A stretch of 64,000 bases of DNA from Phoronis australis (Eukaryota; Animalia; Phoronida), in the NCBI GenBank assembly GCA_002633005.1, contig NMRA01000472.1, positions 167,304 through 231,303 on the forward strand, written 5' to 3'. Within the stretch, counting starts at the first letter, position 1. Every line of letters begins with the position of its first letter. This document shows, in pieces, positions 53,146 through 64,000 of the stretch. A program made the position numbers and the translations under genes. A model generated the notes under the pieces. That model had not been told where the DNA came from. It searched no databases and saw only the letters and a program-made list of their open reading frames with translations.

Positions 53146-53186
53146 GTGCGTGTGTGTGTGTGTGTGTGCGCGCGCGCGCGCGCGTG
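53146..53186. repeat. (GT)n(GC)n alternating purine-pyrimidine microsatellite
   Basis: gtgcgtgtgtgtgtgtgtgtgtgcgcgcgcgcgcgcgcgtg. Confidence 0.9.
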
Positions 53187-55097
53187 ATTGTGTTTAAATT
53201 ATTCCCGTTTTCAATTGTTTCATAACAATTCATATGTGCAATGTTTACCTGTTGCCCAGATACTTTCTGGATAATTCGATTTCTTAGCAGTAAATGTTAC
53301 TAAATGTTACCTGTATTATTTACCTATACCCGTGAAATAAAATATATTTAAAAATGACACGTTTACCTTGTAAAAGAATCCATTCCAATACTTCGTTTTG
53401 CAGACAGCGTACATGGTACTTGGCAATATACACTCTATTGTCCCGATCTAGGCGGACTGTTCCGCTGTTTTAATTTTTCCCGCCAACTCTGTACACAATC
53501 AAAAGGTCCCGCTTTTTCATTCGCTGCGAAATTCATATATTATCATATATACGACTGTAATTTCCCGTGCCACATTGCCTTATTTCCCGTTCAACTAAAA
53601 AGAAAAAAAAACGGGACGATTCATGGGTTTTCGCAATTTCCCACTCGACTTAGATAAACAAGAAGCCCTGTCGGGCGCTTTTGGGTGTTATGTCTTCTGT
53701 TCGACAGAAAACACTGTCGAGACGTTTTTTTTGTGTTGCGGGGAACATTTCAACATTTCGTTTTGGCATAGACCGAGATGTCCCGCTTTTTATCCGGAAG
53801 TCCAGCTTTTCAATTCAGTTGTCTCGTTTTTTCATTCTCGAATGCTGACTACAGTGAAACAGGTGTTCAAAATTACATAATAATTGTAAAATAACATGAT
53901 AATAATTGTTTTTTTTTGTCATAAATGTAGTTATTTTCCAGAATCCACTTTCTTTAGTAACATGACAATTGTAAAATATATTCCAGTGATATGAGGGATT
54001 CGGTAAAAAATGCTACGCATTCTCTGCTCAACCTCACCAACGCGACATCGCTGAAGTTGGCATGCCAGGGCTAGAGTTACAGAGGGACGGATTCGATTAC
54101 GGCTGTGCTTTCTAATGGCAATTTGTAATGTTCTTTATGTCTGCCGTTGTGTCTTTGGAGGTCCTTCGTGGATTTTCATGAAAGTTGACAGACAGTTTTG
54201 TAATTGAGACAACGGTGGTTTCCCAATTTCGGGCGGATTTGACGTATTCTGGGTATTCTGATGTCCATTTTTATAATACTAAAACACCATTAGTGACCAT
54301 ACCGCATTTATAGGCGCAGGCACATATCTAAGAATGGCCATTACAGGCAAAGTGTCGCCGTAAAATTGCGACGCAAATAATTACTTTACGCCGTTAAGGG
54401 GTTCTGCTTTGTGTTCGTGGACCCCGATTTTTATTCATACGCTATAGCAGGAAGAGATAACCAGGATGGTTATAGTAATCTTGTAAGAAAATTGATGATG
54501 CTTTCTTAGTAAACTCTGACGCAGGCTGCAATTACATGAAAATCACGCGAAACCTATAATTTCTCGTCAACTTTACCGTCGTGGTTAGTGAAGGCACGTC
54601 AGGTACAATACGACCTACATCAGTACTATAATAGTAACAACAGCCAAATGAGGTCGCCCCGGTATCAGGTCGGTGCGTGTAAAGAATGACTAATTGACGG
54701 GTTTCGGTTGAGTAATTTTGCCGCCGATAAATCGCTGAGTTATCAGCCAGCATACGCATACCTCACGATTCTCGCTTGCTGATGCCACTGTGAACAAAAA
54801 TAATGAAAGTGAAGCCGGCAATGATATTGCACTTGATTTGATAATCACAACACTCAGTCGTGCGCCAACTCGACTGAAATGCCCAATGCAAATTTTCTCG
54901 GCCAAAGGAATCGCAAGCATTCACTTACTATTTAATCTACGATAGCGGGGTCACAAAGGTACATGTATAACGCCAGATAGAGGGCATAAAGGGTTACCGG
55001 CGTGAGTTGACATTTCCAGTTTTTCCAGTTCACAAAGGTCGTGGTCAACACTCAACTTTTACTCGGAAGGTGTGTTTAATTTGGCTCTCGGTTTGAC

Positions 55098-58730
<3,633 letters not shown>

Positions 58731-61700
58731 TTATCTTGGCCAGTTTAATTTAAATTATTTGAGATTACAAGATTATTTCAGACAACGTGTTAGGGTTCAA
58801 GTATTTGTGCAGTGAAAGATTGATTTGGCGCAGGCTATTTTAATGCCGTCATCAAAGCTTAGGAGTACTGAGTTACCGTTAAGGTAAGGCCGTGCGGCTT
58901 GTGCCGCCTTGTAGAATTTACATTACCTTGGTGACCAAGAAGAGGTGAGATTTTGTCGACTGCGACTGTCGAGGGAGGTGAAGCGGTTATGAAACTCGTG
59001 GTATTGGAGTGAAAAATGTTTCAACGGGGGAGGAGCGGGTGTTGAAAATTGTGAGGAGACCGTAGGGGTCGCAGTTTAAATTACCAGGACCCCGATGTCA
59101 GTATGCTTATAGTACCCACTAAAAATACCCTAACCCGGCAAAACTACAAAGTCTTGTCATATAATAACACAAGTGCACCATAAGCAAGTTCAAAGAGGCA
59201 AGTTCAAAGAGGCAAGTTTTTCGAACGTTCGGCGAGACCACGGGACTATAATGCAAGAAGTCAGTGCGTAACAAGTAAAATGCACATTAGCAAACGGCTG
59301 CTTCTGAGCTTGTTCTACCATGGCTTCGACGGCGATGTTGAAATCTATAGAGAAAAACGGCACACGTCAGATGGCGTGACAGTTCTATGAATTTGGTCTT
59401 TAAAAACTAAGTATACGTAGCTCGAGATCTCTTTCTCACACATGTACAAAATATGACGATTATGCTGGGCCAAAAATTTCCCATATCGGCAAAACTAATT
59501 TTCCACGACCCCGGTGTACGGCACACACTGAGGCACAAGTGTAGCCGGGTACTGTCGCAAAATACCAGCAAATACACAGACTAGAATTGACAATTTTCAC
59601 CTCCAAATAACCACTGGAATTGCGATAATATGGAACCAACAGAAACAGTGAAATTTAGCGTCCAAAGCTTTTGAATTCTAAAACTGAGTGAAAACTAAGT
59701 ATCGACCAGTTGAGTGTTTTTTAAATCTGAGGTGTGTGAGGGGTACCATCGTGAACCGAAGACGGACTAATTTTGGACAGCGAGTGTTAACCAAGAACGC
59801 TAAACAGTAGGTTTTTATGGTTAGTGAGTTGCTTGGTAGCCCTATATCACTGTGCTTATCGGACTTCGGCTTTAGCGGTGATAACCGAACATTTATACAT
59901 GTACCACGATCGAGCCACAGGACACATACCAAGAAAGGCAACTTTCCCAATTAGGTACGGGAACCCTTCTTACCATTCTCCACAGAATACTTAATTACCA
60001 CGCATCTCAAGAAGCGCTGCTTACGTACCACGCAAAAAGTTGCTACGAAATCAAAGATACATGTACGACCACATACAACTAACGCATTTATCACAGTCAC
60101 AGCGTTGCAGGTAGGGCCTACTACTAGAGTTCTTAATGCGTGACAAGAATTCTTGTGGGTGTGTGGTGTTTTGCGGACCTCTATATGGCAATTTGGGTTC
60201 TGTGGCCTTTAATTGGTAAGAGTTTGATTAACACACATGGACTTACAGTTGTTGGTATCACCATAAGGGATAGTTCCGACAAACGCAGATAAGCCGCGCC
60301 TACCACACGGTTACCATTGTGACGGAACTCTATAATTATGTGGCAAGCGCACTTAAGCAACAGATTCTCTACAAAGTCAAGTTTTCTCGTGGGGGCCAAA
60401 AGAGCCGTTTTGAGTTACATAATTTCGGCCTGGGTCACTCTGTTGTGCCTGATGCAATTACGCACAGGATAGAATTGTAGTCCTGCTGGAATGCCCATCG
60501 ACTCTCGCACATGCATGACCTATGCATTGTATTCGAGCTTAGTTGCGACCCCGAGATTAGCAGCCAGACTTCGCACGTACTGAAAGGGGTTGATAAAGAG
60601 TTTTCTAATGACATGACTCTTAGTACGCAATTCGGTTGAAAAACGGCGGAGCTGTGAAAAGTTTGATGGCCGTAAATTCCATAGCAAGATCCAACACCGC
60701 GGAACAATGCGTATGCAAACAATTTTCACACATGTGCCATGCAACCTCAGGCTCAACAGCGCAAGATCAAAGTTGGCATTCCAGGACCAAAGTTCTATGT
60801 AAAATAATACATCTGGGGTGTCAAGTTTTTCCAGAAAGCAGTTAACAAGCAGAACGCATTGGTCGGACTACTTTCCAGTGAAAGAGCGAATCAATATCGT
60901 GGCTCAGCAGTGTTGATCATCGTGTAGTTTGAAACAGATAGCTTTATTTTAAAATTTTCGCAACGATGAATGCAATCATTCAAATTTTAAGTAATTCAAG
61001 TAAGCTAAAAACAGGTTTACAGAGTAGTGTATTTTTATTTTAAATCACAACAATACAGATAACAGCAATCATGAATTACTTGTTGAAAGTTATTAATTGA
61101 TTCAGACGGAAAATCACCCACTATAAAATACGCTTTCGCATTTCAAAGTGGATCACAAAATAGCATATTGTAACGTGGAATAAATACACAGTTTTCATTG
61201 TTTGTCGCACCTTTGAACAAGCCTTTGGTGGTGAACAACGGCACACGTAAAATATACCACAAAGAAATTTCTTTTCATTGCTTCACACCCATTTTTATTA
61301 GACAAAAAATATAATATACGATAAACGAATGGCAATCGAAACTTCAAAGGAAATTACAATGGTCTACACAGCAGACCTATATGAGGAAAGAGAAATAAGT
61401 GTCCTATTTTACAAAAACACCCAGGACTGTGCATGACTTGCTATGTCATACAAAATCATACGGAGTCGTCTGATGCCACTAAGTTACCTGGAATCGTGTG
61501 TACTGCAGAGGCGATGCTTTAAATTGGAAAGTGAACAAGGCACGAAGTAAAAAACCTGGGCATAAACTTGGATACAACTATACGGTAACTCCCAAGTAGA
61601 CTAAGTTACTTCTTCAACACACACTGTCTACAAAACTAACAAGGCTGTCACGCAGAATACAGCAAGATATATCAAGGCTAAGTACTTCAACCATTGTCAT

Positions 61701-64000
61701 CTGGAAAATCGGAATGATAGCTAATATGACTTTCTCAACAAAAACAAGCTTTTCTGGTAATTCAAACTGATACATAACATTAGCTGTCACCTTTCAACTA
61801 TCCAAAGGAAATGAAGAGAGGATACTGTGTGAACGGGGACTCTTAGTTAATATCAAAATGGAAAAGACTACAGAATAGAATGACCCTTCATATCAGGTGA
61901 CCTTCAAAAGATTGCTACGCGGATAGAAGACAAAGATCTTAGAACACAGTTGATGTGAAGAATTTAGCCACGCATTCACGCAAAATTATGCATCTTTATA
62001 ATGTTAAATGGACCGTTAATGCAGCTTGATACAGTTATATTCTTCAGAAAAAAATCGGGCTGCAGTGACGTGTACATAAATGTGATCAACTTTTTTTTCC
62101 AACTACCTATCCAAAATTTGCAAGGTTTTCTGATATTTTTTCTTTTGTCGAACAGGAGAAGTTTCAATTAAAAGTGACTGAGACAGTCCACAAAGAGCGG
62201 GGCTATTAGCAAGTACAATGCATGCTTTCGGTAACACAAAATATTAGATTGGCTTCTTTTACAAAGTAAATTTTTTATTTTTTAAAATTTCATTTCGAAC
62301 ATCTGAAAACACTCAGAACCTGACAGCGTTTTCCCGTTCAGTGACTTTACCAGACGTAGGGGGTTCTGGGCGTGTGATAACATCTAGCTTCGGTTAACTG
62401 CCAAGCGAGCTCTTCTGTCGGTTGCAGTTGGGCGATTTTGGCGATTCAAAAACTAAACATGATCACCATTTGATGAAGATTTTAGAAATGCTATTGGTTT
62501 ATGTTCAAATATGATATAACTTAACTTTTATTTTCAACAGCACAACCCAGTCAGGGTAGATACGTTAATTAGAGCAATTATCGAACAAAAGAGAGCTGGC
62601 CCTCCAACAGTGAATGCCAGATGGAGTTAATCAGTCATGTAAGATATTGGCTAAATAAAAATACCTAACATGTAGTTGGACAGGTTGTCGAAAGCGGCTC
62701 TAAGAATGGAGCTGCAAAGATATCACAGGCCGGCTAGCCTGTTTCAAAATGAGTTTGCAACCACACAAATTGTCAGTCGCCCACTGTGACCGACCGATAT
62801 CCGATGCTGTCACCTGCCGTCGGATTTGGGTATCAACGTAGCCATTTTTATTTTTCTGACAGAAATTCTCAGTGTCGTGACAAGATTTAGACACCGACTC
62901 ACCCTCTCAGCGTGGTATGTAGGCCTACTCTCCATGTCCACACTTAATTGCTCCAAGTAAAATTTAAGCCTTCTCAATTATCCGGAAGTGATGAGAATTA
63001 GTTAAGACTTAGCTTTGAATAACTCCAGTTGTTTTTCCATTGCCATTGCCCGGGGCATGGCAATGCCCCATTGATTGTCATCAATATTCTGTGATTGTTA
63101 ATTCACTTAATTATTCTTTGATTGGTAACCTGGTAACTCGTTCATTGACCTCTGAATAAATTAGGCCAATAACATGTTGGTTTATGCATTCGCTTCAAGT
63201 GTATATGTAAGCGTACGGTACCGTATTCGCTTTTACTCGGGATTTTGCCGTCAAGTTTAATTGACCTTAACCTTGCCTCTAGGAGTTGTCTGTCTGCTGC
63301 AACGTGAGTTTTGTTTACTTATAGCTTGTATTCTTAATTATTAATCGTGCACCTGTGGTGTTCCAAGTGATGTGGCACGTGGAGAGGCAGCACCATTGCA
63401 TGCTTGCCAATAGTTGGTTTGAAGTCCGTACTTTGAAAGTGTAGAATGTAGACACCGGTGACCTGGCTGAAGTCTTGAATGATATAAGCATCAAAAGCAG
63501 CTGATTGACATGTCCGTAAGCAACTGCTCATGTGACGTCATGAACATATATCAGCCTTTGCAAGTATACGTGTTTTTCCAATCCAAACCCTTCTTTGTCT
63601 CCGTGAGCATAATTTTGAAATGGTCGCTGATATCGCCGGCCATTTTGAATGAGGCCCTAAAGTCGTGACTGTTTCGTTTAGATGGAAATGCACAAAGTAA
63701 GACCACACAAATCAGCTACAGTGCTTATAGTTACTCTAGACGACATAAAAACACATTGCATTGTTAGGTGTTTTGCACTCAACTTCAATGTGCACAGACA
63801 TTTTCAATGAGGTAGTTTACGTAAAACGCTAAGAATCCAGTGTCAATTATCTCTCTCTATTTTATTGTTTTGGCCTTACAAAACTTGATCGACCCTGGGA
63901 CATTTTGATACATTGTTCAATCCATCCCTGGAGCGCTTGTTACAGCAAATCTGAACGATGCTTAGTTTTGAAAATACATTCTGAAAATGCACAAAAAAGT

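Noticed and set aside
62700-63555. Possible terminal exons of a minus-strand gene (ORFs 62700-62894 and 63334-63531)
   Set aside because: No recognisable protein similarity and weak splice signals; cannot be supported without transcript data.

Overview
Eukaryotic, intron-rich, repeat-dense animal DNA, probably an invertebrate draft assembly, with one N gap and several single Ns. The main content is a tandem array of three intact six-exon paralogues of an 11-beta-hydroxysteroid dehydrogenase 1-like (HSD11B1/HSD11B1L family) short-chain dehydrogenase on the + strand: 26965-37261, 39150-52490 and 55098-58730. I reconstructed them exon by exon, including a 73-nt signal-anchor first exon missing from the ORF track. 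The paralogues diverge mainly at predicted substrate-pocket positions and share an unusual YxAEK catalytic motif. The first coding exon of an unidentified minus-strand gene runs off the left edge. The rest is mostly transposon debris: an L1/Tx1-type LINE remnant, a ZNF862/hAT-like transposase remnant, three Kolobok-type elements with decayed THAP domains, nested hAT and foldback elements, Helentron-associated (HINE/DINE-like) tandem-unit elements, many MITEs with 5-bp TSDs, and mini- and microsatellites. No prokaryotic system, CRISPR array, rRNA or tRNA gene was seen. Most ORF-track entries are spurious.
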